A DNA stretch of 63,669 nt, counting the filler, from Phoronis australis (taxonomy: Eukaryota; Animalia; Phoronida): NCBI GenBank assembly GCA_002633005.1. It is 5 parts of 5 records of this genome, joined end to end, with 100 filler letters (N's around TTAATTAATTAA, not from the genome) between each part and the next. Parts side by side here need not be neighbours in the genome. Positions count along the whole stretch, not along the records: positions 1 to 14,665 come from NMRA01000684.1; positions 14,766 to 35,541 come from NMRA01001421.1; 3 more parts are not named here. One strand, 5' to 3'. The notes beneath the pieces are model-generated. The model worked only from the letters and a program-made list of their open reading frames with translations, ran no database searches and was not told the DNA's origin. Each line of letters starts with the position of its first letter. Position 1 is the first letter of the stretch. The translations under genes and the position numbers were made by a program. Shown one piece after another: positions 12,721 through 23,757 of the stretch.

Positions 12721-13711
12721 GAATTTGCCATTGGTTTTGTTTACTTTCAGCATTCCACAAGCCAGACAGTGTAACTGGTAAAACCTCATCTTTAACACCT
12801 AAGCCACACTGCCCAAATAACCTCAAAAGCGGTGTAGGCGTTGACCTGAACAAACTCACCTGAAGCTTGCAACTGAAAAAAATTGTGGTATTGTTATGTT
12901 TCAGGTGTTAAGGAGACTGCAAACTAATTGTAGAAACAGAAGGCAGAAGTGTTATTGCTTTAATTGCTCGTAGCTTTGTCACTTGGGGGCTTAGTGTTGC
13001 AGAATTCATGACAACTTGAGATGGAACTTACAAGTTCCGATATTGTTAAACATAATTTGACAATGAGTATGTGAGGTTTATTTAATGAAAGCCCTCTAAA
13101 CAGTGAATTGAACTATGGGACATTGTTTTCACTGTTGAAAAATGCATTTTGGTGTGACGCACGGGAAGGGATAGACCTTTAAAAGTTATCAGCTTTGACC
13201 ACAGATGCATTAAATCTGACTTGTTGTATCTTCTTCACAACTTAATGTGTTTGTTAACACAATGTAACAGATGATGGCTCAGACTCGGAGTAAGAAATAC
13301 GAGACCTTTTGTGAGAGTAAAAAACCTAATTTGATGTTTGCTTTTCTGGCTGTTTGGTCACTCCTGTTCCAAAGTAAAAAAAAGGTGGCCACAGACACCA
13401 CCTTGAAGAATCCACATTTCAGATAAAAAGCATTATTTATGTGAGCAACTTGAAACAAAGCATGCATTGTTTCAGATTTCCAGTTTAATAAATTAAGAAG
13501 ACAACTTCAACAGGCAATATGGTCCCTATTTAGATACCTTTAATCCAACAGGCTGACTAAGAAATAAAACATAGCAACATGATCTATTTTCTCATCACTT
13601 TATCGATATGCCACTGAGATGCGTATTGGTAAACTGAGCAACTGGTGACTATCACAGGTCCTGATGGATAGGACTAAATTCAACAGAATGTATAGTGCGT
13701 GTTTTCCCAAA

Positions 13712-13897
13712 TCATAGTGGCCATGTTGATACAGATGTCACTGTCTGTGTAACTGCAGCCCGAGCTATGTTTTCCAGTGCATCTCTGGCTTCAGTCTGCT
13801 CAAATTGTTTTAAGCTGTCTATCGCCAACTGACCATGATGTTGACATAACTCTTTGATTTCATTCAACATGGGGCTGTAGCGTAGTATTCTGTACAT
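13712..13897 (-). CDS. PDSS2: Terminal exon of decaprenyl-diphosphate synthase subunit 2-like gene (upstream exons lie beyond the contig end)
   Basis: Acceptor tctttcacttcag| then MYRILRYSPMLNEIKELCQHHGQLAIDSLKQFEQTEARDALENIARAAV...*, resembling the PDSS2 C-terminus [29 protein letters not shown]. A minus-strand AATAAA lies at 13077-13082. Confidence 0.8.
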   Translation of the reverse strand: MYRILRYSPMLNEIKELCQHHGQLAIDSLKQFEQTEARDALENIARAAVTQTVTSVSTWPL

Positions 13898-14665
13898 CTG
13901 AAGTGAAAGAAACGTGACATTGTCTAAAGCGGCAAACTTGCAAACTTTTGATTCAGACCATTTACCATTACTTAATTGGTCTCAACCGCTTCCTGACTAA
14001 CACGGGAAGTGATTTTTGGGTTGTAAACAACCGACAGTTCGTTATTCCTTAAAACTATGTTCGGCGCGTAAAATGACCGGCCATGACCCAACAATTTGTA
14101 AAATCTACTCTCGAGCGCTAACAAAATCTTCATTCGTTTGAACCTCTTTAATCAGACAAGTTCAGTTCGACCAAGGAACAATTTGTGACTGATTTCAAAA
14201 CAGCCAATGGTCTAAACAATTTTTTTGTGATGGATGGTGGATTTATCACAAACGTATAGTCCCGTCTTTCCTCAAATACTGATAAGAATTGACAACTAAA
14301 TACAATGCAAAGATAGTAGTACTCGTTGACTGAAGAGTCCAAGCTCCTGAAGGTTATGTAGGACCCTAAAAAGACGTCCCACTTCGGCTAAATTTGGAAC
14401 ATCATACATGTATCACAGAAATGGTTATCTTGATCGAATTCATGACACGAAATTTTCAGATACTATGCTTTATGCACTTTTATCAAACATGATGTTAGAA
14501 ATTGTTTTTAAAATGTTCCACTTTTGCATGAGGGGCTACCAAAAACATCACTTTTGTCACTTTCATGTCAAAAAAATAAAGGTGCATTATTTACAAGAGC
14601 AACGCGGAGCGTTGAAATGCGCCCACAATTGCACCGCATACGGTATCCTTCTAGGGTTGTTTATT

Positions 14666-14765
14666 NNNNNNNNNNNNNNNNNNNNNNNNNNNNNNNNNNN
14701 NNNNNNNNNTTAATTAATTAANNNNNNNNNNNNNNNNNNNNNNNNNNNNNNNNNNNNNNNNNNNN
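14666..14765. other. Artificial contig-joining linker
   Basis: 44 N + TTAATTAATTAA (stops in all six frames) + 44 N. Confidence 0.97.
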
Positions 14766-16288
14766 TTTGCGATTGCAATGCTTTATTTTCTTTGTATCGA
14801 GGACTAACCACTAACTCTGAGACGGTGTTCGTGAAAACGAGGCTGACTGTGTATTACCAGACACTGACACAAGCGGCATTTTTAAATTGCGTCCAAAATT
14901 GAGTATACGTGGTTCCGTAAGAAGAAAAACGAGTTTTGACAACCATGGGTATGTTAGGAATGGCATATACTGCAACCTTTTGGCAATCTAGTGGCGATCT
15001 TTTGAAAAACAGCGGTTTAACATCCCTTCCACATCCATAAGAAACGCACGAGAATTGGTTTGTTTACTCGACGAAGGACGAAATCATGCACTCATGTATT
15101 AAAAATATCGTTCGGAATGCCTATATAGCTATTTATGTCTGCGAAGAGATATCCAGGACGACAAACTCTGCAACACCAATACCCATTATATAAACCCTAT
15201 CAAATCTGGGCCATATTATGAAGTTCAGAGTTGCCGTCTTACCCGCAAACTTTCATTGTTCCCAAGACGTCGCTGTGGTCGGGTTTCTAATGACTTATTG
15301 GCAGCGAAGAACATACACGGAAACCAGTGAACTTTGACATCGTTGTAGTCAAGATAAAAGTTGACGCTGCTCTGTTTGCCCCAGCCCAGCGGCAGTATGA
15401 GATATGCGGTATGCTGATATCTTTTTACCTGAACAAAGTCACCATTAAGTCAACATAATTAAGTCGACGTGTCGGTGTTGAGTGACATGTCATTTTACCC
15501 CCAATCACCGTCGACACGATTAGAACGTGAAAACTTGGATATATGTAACGCAAGCAGAATTCAGAGTCTTATTAACTCAGCTGATCAACGCAAGCTTTGA
15601 ACAGGTGTCGGGAAGGTCGTGTCTGGATAAAAATTGAACGGAGTAATACATGTATCTCAGTGTCAACGGGATAAGACGACCTCAAGTGTGCACTGAAGGG
15701 TAAACGAGAAACCAGTCGGGGTAGGTGGAACGGGGAGCCAATGCCGTGGATCATTGCAACTGCTGTGTTGGTAAGTTTTTTTTACTTAACACTGACTTGT
15801 CACGTAGTCAACCAGCTGGTACCTAAAATAGAGCACTTCTCTAAAACCCTATGTATAGAAATACTTGCATGTTGTCTCCCAATATTTCCTCGCTGTACGT
15901 TGTGCAGAATTCACTAGGGGCCCGTGAATTTGTCTCAGAATCAGTACACCAACTTGTCTCAACCTCAGTTCACATTTTATCCACGAACTTGACTTGATAT
16001 ATTTGCTTTCAAAAAGCGTAATCACAACCACCGCCTACAGTTATGGTTGTTTCGAGTGCATATTACACGCATCACTATAAAAACGATGCACGAGTGCATT
16101 TCAAAAGAATCTACTTATCAGATTGTTATTATTTATACTGTATTACTTATCTCAGACTGGTATAACTCAGTGTCGTTATTGATTTCCCACGCTATTATTC
16201 GGTGCCCATATTTCACCATTTGAAGGCCGATTTTGTTCATTCGCAAGTTAAAAATTGAGAAAGAGCAACCAGTCGTTAACTGTCTAGC

Positions 16289-17209
16289 CAGCCTNTCCCG
16301 TAGTCATTGATAATAATTATACAAATATATGTTTTCAGCGTCTCCCGTAGTCATTGATAATAATTATACAAATATATGTTTTCAGCGTCTCCCGTAGTCA
16401 TTGATAATAATTATACAAATATATGTTTTCAGCGTCTCCCGTAGTCATTGATAATAATTATACAAATATATGTTTTCAGCGTCTCCCGTAGTCATTGATA
16501 ATAATTATACAAATATATGTTTTCAGCGTCTCCCGTAGTCATTGATAATAATTATACAAATATATGTTTTCAGCGTCTCCCGTAGTCATTGATAATAATT
16601 ATACAAATATATGTTTTCAGCGTCTCCCGTAGTCATTGATAATAATTATACAAATATATGTTTTCAGCGTCTCCCGTAGTCATTGATAATAATTATACAA
16701 ATATATGTTTTCAGCGTCTCCCGTAGTCATTGATAATAATTATACAAATATATGTTTTCAGCGTCTCCCGTAGTCATTGATAATAATTATACAAATATAT
16801 GTTTTCAGCGTCTCCCGTAGTCATTGATAATAATTATACAAATATATGTTTTCAGCGTCTCCCGTAGTCATTGATAATAATTATACAAATATATGTTTTC
16901 AGCGTCTCCCGTAGTCATTGATAATAATTATACAAATATATGTTTTCAGCGTCTCCCGTAGTCATTGATAATAATTATACAAATATATGTTTTCAGCGTC
17001 TCCCGTAGTCATTGATAATAATTATACAAATATATGTTTTCAGCGTCTCCCGTAGTCATTGATAATAATTATACAAATATATGTTTTCAGCGTCTCCCGT
17101 AGTCATTGATAATAATTATACAAATATATGTTTTCAGCGTCTCCCGTAGTCATTGATAATAATTATACAAATATATGTTTTCAGCGTCTCCCGTAGTCAT
17201 TGATAATAA
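16289..17209. repeat. Perfect 47-bp tandem array, about 19.6 copies
   Basis: Unit cagcgtctcccgtagtcattgataataattatacaaatatatgtttt; copies start at 16289 + 47n; no spacers. Confidence 0.98.
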
Positions 17210-17989
17210 CGTAACTTAAATGACACGGTTGCATTTATATGTATCTTTTAAAAATGAGTCTTGATTAGCCTGGCAACATCAAACGTTGTGAGACGTATAC
17301 GTGTTTGGTTTTTACGATATGATTCATTAGTAGCAGCGGACACGGAGGTTAGGGATAAAGAGGCCTACATACCGGTGGGTGCTCTCCTAGGAGAGGTATT
17401 CGGGACGTGCCACTCAGATGGGGGAATTTCTTTGCAACCCGCTTCCTTACCAAAGTGTGCCCTTTCTGACAAAATGATTCACTTTGGAGTTTAAATTTGC
17501 ATGCTCCTAACTATGCTTATGTGTAGCAGGAACTAAACAATAATTATATTTTAACATACTCTACGCTAAACAAAGTGCAGTTGTATTCATTGACAACTTG
17601 TACATGTGAAAACAAAAAAATCTGCAAATAGGTGACTTTTGCACCAATACCGGACCTACCTCGCGAGCTCACATAGCCCGCATCATGTAATGTTATTCCA
17701 CAACACCACGTCACGATACTTACTGTGCACGGTTCCGTGGTTTGCGGCGGATCATTTCCGCCACAAAATTCGTTCTTAACATTTGGCAATTTTCAACCTA
17801 CTTCATATTCACATCGACGCTATATGTTGCTTTACTAACTAATTTGACCCAGCAATAACAGAGATAAGGAATCAGCCTGCAAGTTTCACTTTAAAACTCC
17901 GTAAAAGGTTCCTTTTTCCAAGTATACAAATCTACTGAAGGGTTATCGATATCATCTCTATTGTCAAACCTTTGGTTGGAAAAATATAT

Positions 17990-18149
17990 CATTTTTAACA
18001 AGACGGTATCTCTCCCTAGACTGTTTTCACCCTTATGATACATTTTTAACAAGACGGCATCTCTCCCTAGACTGTTTTCACCCTTATGTGTTTAAAATGC
18101 ATCAATTTTAACAACACGGCATCTCTCCCTGGACTGTTTTCACCCTTAT
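17990..18149. repeat. Short tandem repeat, 3 copies of a ~50-60 bp unit
   Basis: ttttaacaagacgg(t/c)atctctccctagactgttttcacccttat repeated three times. Confidence 0.85.
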
Positions 18150-19819
18150 TCAGAATCCGTACGAAAATAGATTTCTTCTGAAATTAACCCCTAAAAAAAC
18201 TTGTGTTTTGAAACAAAATCTACGAAAGGGTGATTTTTTCATGGAAGCTCCCCTGAAAAAGTGCCCCTTTTATGTAGTCTATCCTAATTTACCAGCTACA
18301 CACCGTCAAAAATGTACTTGAATACCCCCAGACCCTATATCCAGTTTCTCAGGTACACAGGGATTGTAGAATGCATGAGGTGAATTGCCCGGTCACCTTG
18401 ATGCAGTAGCATTGTGTCAAATCATGTGCATTAATTATGAAGATCCTAACCACTCTCTAGTCAACGACAAAGCATTCATTAATTTTTTGTTTAGTTTCTA
18501 TGAAATTATTGAGTAAACATGATCCAGGTTTCCATTTTGTCTAAGCGTAGCACTTTTCAAAGACAACACATGCCGTAAGTTATGTCTATCAATTGCCTGT
18601 CTGTGGCAAATTATTATGAAAAAGTCATGGTAAAGAGGACACCGCTTCTATCCCACAATGGTTTTGACCTCCGCAACAAACGGGATCCTCAGCATTGTGT
18701 CATGTTTTTCTATAATTACGTTTTTAGGAAGGGAAATGACTAACTTTCAATTCTCGACTGCTCACTTCGTGAAAAATGTTCCGCAGTAATCGATTTGTGA
18801 ATCTCCGTATCGAAGTAATCACACTGAGATTTAATTAAAATGCCCAAAGGCTTGGCGTTGAATAAACAATTTGTAGGCAGCCAGGATGTCTTTTTGAATA
18901 AAACGTCAATGACTATCGTTATCTTTAAAATCTTGCGAATAAGTTAGAGACAGCTTCAACACAAGAATATGCTACTGCATCAATTTTGGGCTCATACAAA
19001 CGACATAATGATAGGGTTGGGCGGTCGATTCCCCGAGGTCAATTTCAGTAACACGTTTGTTACGTTGTGTGTAGGTGGAACTATAGATTACATGAGCGTA
19101 TTATGTTGTGTGTGATCTTAGAAGTCCACGTAGGGTTTCACGGGGTTCACGGAGTAAATAGTTGGCGCTTAAACGTGCTTGCTCTTCTCACTAAATTAGA
19201 CACGCGTTATACCTCTTCAGTTGCCAGTCTTTCGTAAACCGAATTACTGTACATTTACTAATTCTGCCATCATATAGTGTCTTATAGATGAATTCTAGCG
19301 TACTGCATGTGTGCTTTTCAGTGGCGTATTGAATTCGAAGGAAGGCGCGTACAGTTATACTTTAAGCACAGGCACACCGATAACCCGTTTTCTAAAACAC
19401 GTTTGTAAGTATTCGAGCGACAGTCTCATGTTATAGGTTACAGTGTCACATGTTACACGACAGCGGAAGGACGACAAAATGAAATGAGGAGACCAGCTGA
19501 ACAGACTCCTTAAACTAGCACTAGCAATATTACTTAGCAAATAATAACATAAAGTGGTTGGCTAATATGAATTCACCAATCAAACCAGTGGCACAAGTTC
19601 GAAAAGTCACGGCAGATACTCAATTCTGAAACAACATGCCTCTGGTGGTAATGCCAATTTACTTTCAGTTTAACTTGCCCTGGAGCCATTTGCACCTTGC
19701 GTGTCGCTACGCGCGAAGTTGTCATTACGCGCTTAATTGAGTGTGATTTACAAGTGGCGGAGCCAAAAAGGAGCGTGGCGGGCCGCCCAGAAGTTTACAC
19801 GCAGGGGAAACCCTGCATT

Positions 19820-20778
19820 CGGAATAGTGTCATGTAACCTTGGAAATATTTTCCATCAAGTTTGTTGCTCGTATGACGCCTGCGAGGCTTTGCGCCATTG
19901 TAACTAATTGACAAGAGAAGACTATATTCATTGACCAAAGTTTTTATTAGATCTAGACCTACTTGTCCCTAATAATATGAACATGCTCGTCGGCGTTTTC
20001 TTAGTGCAAGAAAATAGGGTATAGTTCATGGGCTGAGCAGCACTGAAAAAAGTGAGGAGCTATAGCCCCCCCCCAGCCCCCTTGTGGTGCACCGCCCATA
20101 TACCATGGGCGGCGCAGCACTGAAAAAAAGTGGGGACTATAGCTCCCCAACCCCCTATGGTGCGAGGCCGATGTAGTTAAATGTCTGATTTTTGAGCAAC
20201 GACGGAGGACTGCCTATAGTGAACTTAATTATCATCGGCGTGTACTGAATTTAAAAGAATGGAAACGCACGCACGTGTACACGCATGTGTGTCATCCACC
20301 AATCCACAACCAAAGTGGAAATTTGAAGATGCCTGCACTTTACCGTACTCTGCCACTATCAAAATAACAGATAACAAACCTACTTTCTGCTATTTTGTTT
20401 CTTGGTCAATTTTAAGGCACTACTTTTTGGGAGCTCCCTGGCTGCTATATAGCCTATCTAGGTATAGACATTTACTTATAGACTCCCTTGTTACCCTATG
20501 TTGTAGCCACCACGCGCGTTCAGTGCCGATGAATAACATGAAGCCTCCTCTAATAGTTTGTACGATCCTATGGTCACATTGGGGCGAAGTTGACCGGGTA
20601 CGGCCCGATGATTACGTGAAGTAAATTCAAAATTATTACTGACTTAGTTATCATAGTAGTACCAGTAGCTGCAACAATTTTTGTTGTTATTGTCCATCTA
20701 TATCTTAAACGGATAGGCCGTGACTGGACCTTTTCAGCGGGGGGAGGGGTTTTCGAACGAACCTGGCTACGGGTCTGA
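19820..20778 (+). repeat. Left arm of a long diverged inverted repeat (partner at ~21796-22650)
   Basis: For example gtagccaccacgcgcgttcagtgccgatgaataacat (~20503) is the exact reverse complement of ~22078-22114. Collinear inverse similarity extends over most of the arm. Confidence 0.85.
20027..20172. mobile_element. Two tandem ~70-bp MITE-like elements (third copy at 23687-23757)
   Basis: Inverted ends catgggcggcgca...tgcgc(c/t)gcccatg around gcactgaaaaaagt...ctatagcccccc. Confidence 0.7.
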
Positions 20779-20856
20779 AAATACACTTTGACATACAAGA
20801 CTTGAATACGGCTGTGTATTACAGAGACACAGCGGATCATCATTGCCACGTGGTCT

Positions 20857-21048
20857 CCTGGCATGAAATACTTCCTCGGCATGAAATTTTTCTAGCAAGA
20901 AACTCTTTGTCCTGGCGTGATAAATTTTGTGTCCTGGCGTGATAAATTTTGTGTCCTGGCGTGATAAATCTTCGCTCTCGACGTGTTAAATTTTTTTGTA
21001 AATTTTGGTCCCGAGACGATAAATTATAGGTTCTGGCGCTATAAATTT
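20857..21048. repeat. 22-bp minisatellite (gtcctggcgtgataaattttgt) with degenerate flanking copies
   Basis: Three near-exact copies at ~20909-20970 plus diverged units. Confidence 0.8.
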
Positions 21049-21795
21049 TAGTTTTGAGTATATTTTTTGCCTTTTAGAGAATTTAATTCTTGAATAGCTA
21101 ATATGGGTCCTGGATTTTTTCCGCTTTGGCTTTCCATAGTATTCGTTGTTTGATGTTGAACATTAGCTCTCGTGTCTGCTTTTGCTGTTACAGTCCAACG
21201 TAACAACAGAGGCCTGCGCAGTTCATGTGACATCCGAGCTCTGGTGTTTTAGCGAGACCACACCGAATCCCACAGACAGACAACTCTGTAACCGCTTTGC
21301 CGGCTGTTTTATTTGGGTTTCCTTGAAAACGAGTGATGTCTCGTACACGGTAATAGAAGAACGCGTTAGGATGATGCAAAACACTTCCACAGACATTTGT
21401 TTTTCTGTGCTTCTGTAATGGACTTATTACGCTGAAGAGCGTTTAGCTGCACGCATTGACTTGTTTGCTTTCCTCTCCTCAACACCGTGTCTCAAGTATA
21501 CCAACTCTTTGTGAGGTGAGAATTCACTCGACTCGATTGGTTATTAAAATTCTCTTGTAATTATCCGCGTCTCTCTGAGTTGCATAAAAATCAATGCACT
21601 CCGGCTTTGGGCCGCAGGCTTGATTACTCTTGTGCCGAGTTCAACTCGTACAAACTTTCCGACATGATGCCTTATCTTGGGTACACCGCACGATAAAGAA
21701 GCCATTTTCTAGTGCAGTACCATGACTGATCACCAGTTAACTCTCAACGTACATAAATCAGTCAGGTCAAACCAATTTCCTTTTTGCAGAGAGTG

Positions 21796-22650
21796 TCAGC
21801 AGGCCCGTAACCAGGGGTAGGGGTTAGGGAGTTCGATCAACCCCCCGCGGAAGAGGTCCAGCCCCACCCATCTGTTAGTTAGGTTATAGATGGGCAACAA
21901 CAAATTGTTGTGGATACTAGTATTACTAACTGCAATGATAATCAAGTTAGTAATGATTTTGAATTTGCTTCTGATTCAAAGCGCTTCTCGTAATCATCGG
22001 ACCGTACCGGGCCAACTTCGCTCAATTGGTGTTTGCGCCGATGGCAGAATCGTGCAGACTATATTGGGTGAGGCTTTATGTTATTCATCGGCACTGAACG
22101 CGCGTGGTGGCTACACCTCAGGGTAACAAGGGAGTCTAGAAGTAAATGTGTAAAACAAGCTAAGCGCTACAGCAGCGAGACAGTTTCCAAAAATAATGTG
22201 TTGGAATGCATTAAAATCGACCAAAAACAAAACAGCAGAATATAGGTTTGTTAACTGCTATTTTTGTTATTCTTGCTAGCATAGAACGGTAAAGTGCAAG
22301 CAATTTCAAACTGAAAGTGATCGTCAAATATGTTGATCATCCAGTGTCCACTTTGATTGTGGATTGGTGGATTGACATGCATGCGTGTACATCTGTGTGC
22401 GTTTCCGTTCTTTTAAATTCAGTGCCCGCTGACGCAATCCTCCGTGGTTGCTCAAAAATCAAACATTCAAATACCGTGTTTTCGTCCACTGAGAAAACCC
22501 CCGAACATGTTCACATTATTGGGAAAAAGTAGGTGTAGACCTGATAAAGTCTTTTCTTTTTGATCAGTGTCAATGGTTCGCAGCCTCGCAGACTTCAGAC
22601 AAGCAACAAACTTGATGCAGAAGAATTCCAAGGTTACTATTCCGGAGGTT
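21796..22650 (-). repeat. Right arm of the long diverged inverted repeat
   Basis: Inverse matches to 19820-20778, including tccactttgattgtggattggtggat and aacaaacttgatg. Confidence 0.85.
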
Positions 22651-23418
22651 CACTACTCCGAAGATTCACTTCTCCGAAAGTTTGCTACCTTCGAAAGTTA
22701 CTCTGATTTTCTGCTAATGGGTCGGAACTGATGTGAATAAAGTATTTGTGTCCGTTTAGTAACCATTTATAGGGTGTGCAAGAGTTGAGTTGTCCTTAAA
22801 ACATTGATTACATCGTTTACAAATGAGCTTAGTTATAATCACTGCCAATCGTGTTTCTTGAATTTATCTAACGGCTAATTCCCAAGCATGCTGGTACAAC
22901 ATACATGGGGCACGGGTCAAGGCTGCGGCGAACGGGTTTCAGTAAATATTGGAAGATGGAATGGGACTCTCGGACTTCGTGAAGGCTGGCAGGGACAGGG
23001 TAACCTACTAACTACATTTAATTTCGTCGTATCCGGTGCGCGTGGGTGAGGTTGAAACTTAGCTGCCCTAAACTATTTAGTCGCGGAGTGAAATGATGCG
23101 GTCTTGACATGGATTTGATGAAAGTGTCGTGATTGACAATTCATCAATATTGCAGCAACTTCATATTATTTTAAAATTGCAAGTACACAGACCTACTCAT
23201 TTTTCCGTATTCATCATGAAGTCCAAGCAAAGTGCTGTGGTAACTGGACGTTGTTTTCGGTATACCGATTCACCCACTCAGTGCATCTAATAACCGAAGT
23301 ATCGTTTATCGTTTATTTTTGAATGGTAAAGTATGAAAATTAAACCTGAGTCCGGAATTTTAGATATGAATCTTCGAAGTAGTGAACGTTTGGAATGGTG
23401 AACCTTTGGAATAGTGGG
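22635..23418. mobile_element. Putative non-autonomous DNA element with subterminal tandem repeats in inverted orientation
   Basis: The left end repeats (cactattccgaaggtt)-like units; the right end carries the reverse complement (cttcgaagtagtgaac...ttggaatagtgg). Confidence 0.55.
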
Positions 23419-23686
23419 CTCTTCCCATTTCCAGCGATGTAAGCAACTTAAGTAATATGCAAAAAGACAACAATATTAAAATTTTTCAAGTTCGTCCGAG
23501 TATGTAATAAGGTGTAATCACTCATTTAAGCACGCCTGATTTGAACGTTTGGCAGGAAATAACGCTAGAACGTTCTCTTTCTGGACCACTAACGTTACAT
23601 CCGAAGTTGAGTCCCGTTCTTTTCGACCAACCGTCCCGGTGTCTTCATTTCTGGTATTATGAATTCCGTCCATCTACGGAAGATTA

Positions 23687-23757
23687 CATGGGCGGCGCAG
23701 CACTGAAAAAAGTAGGGGGTTATAGCCCCCCCAGCCCCCTATGGTGCGCTGCCCATG
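23687..23757. mobile_element. ~70-bp MITE-like element
   Basis: catgggcggcgcagcac...ggtgcgctgcccatg inverted termini; same family as 20027-20172. Confidence 0.7.

Noticed and set aside
16289-17209. CRISPR-like regular array
   Set aside because: The units are contiguous and identical with no unique spacers, there are no cas genes, and the context is eukaryotic.
23541-23690. MAM-domain-like peptide LSPVLFDQPSRCLHFWYY
   Set aside because: Only a short motif; another frame is equally open, the ORF runs into a MITE, and no other MAM exons were found.
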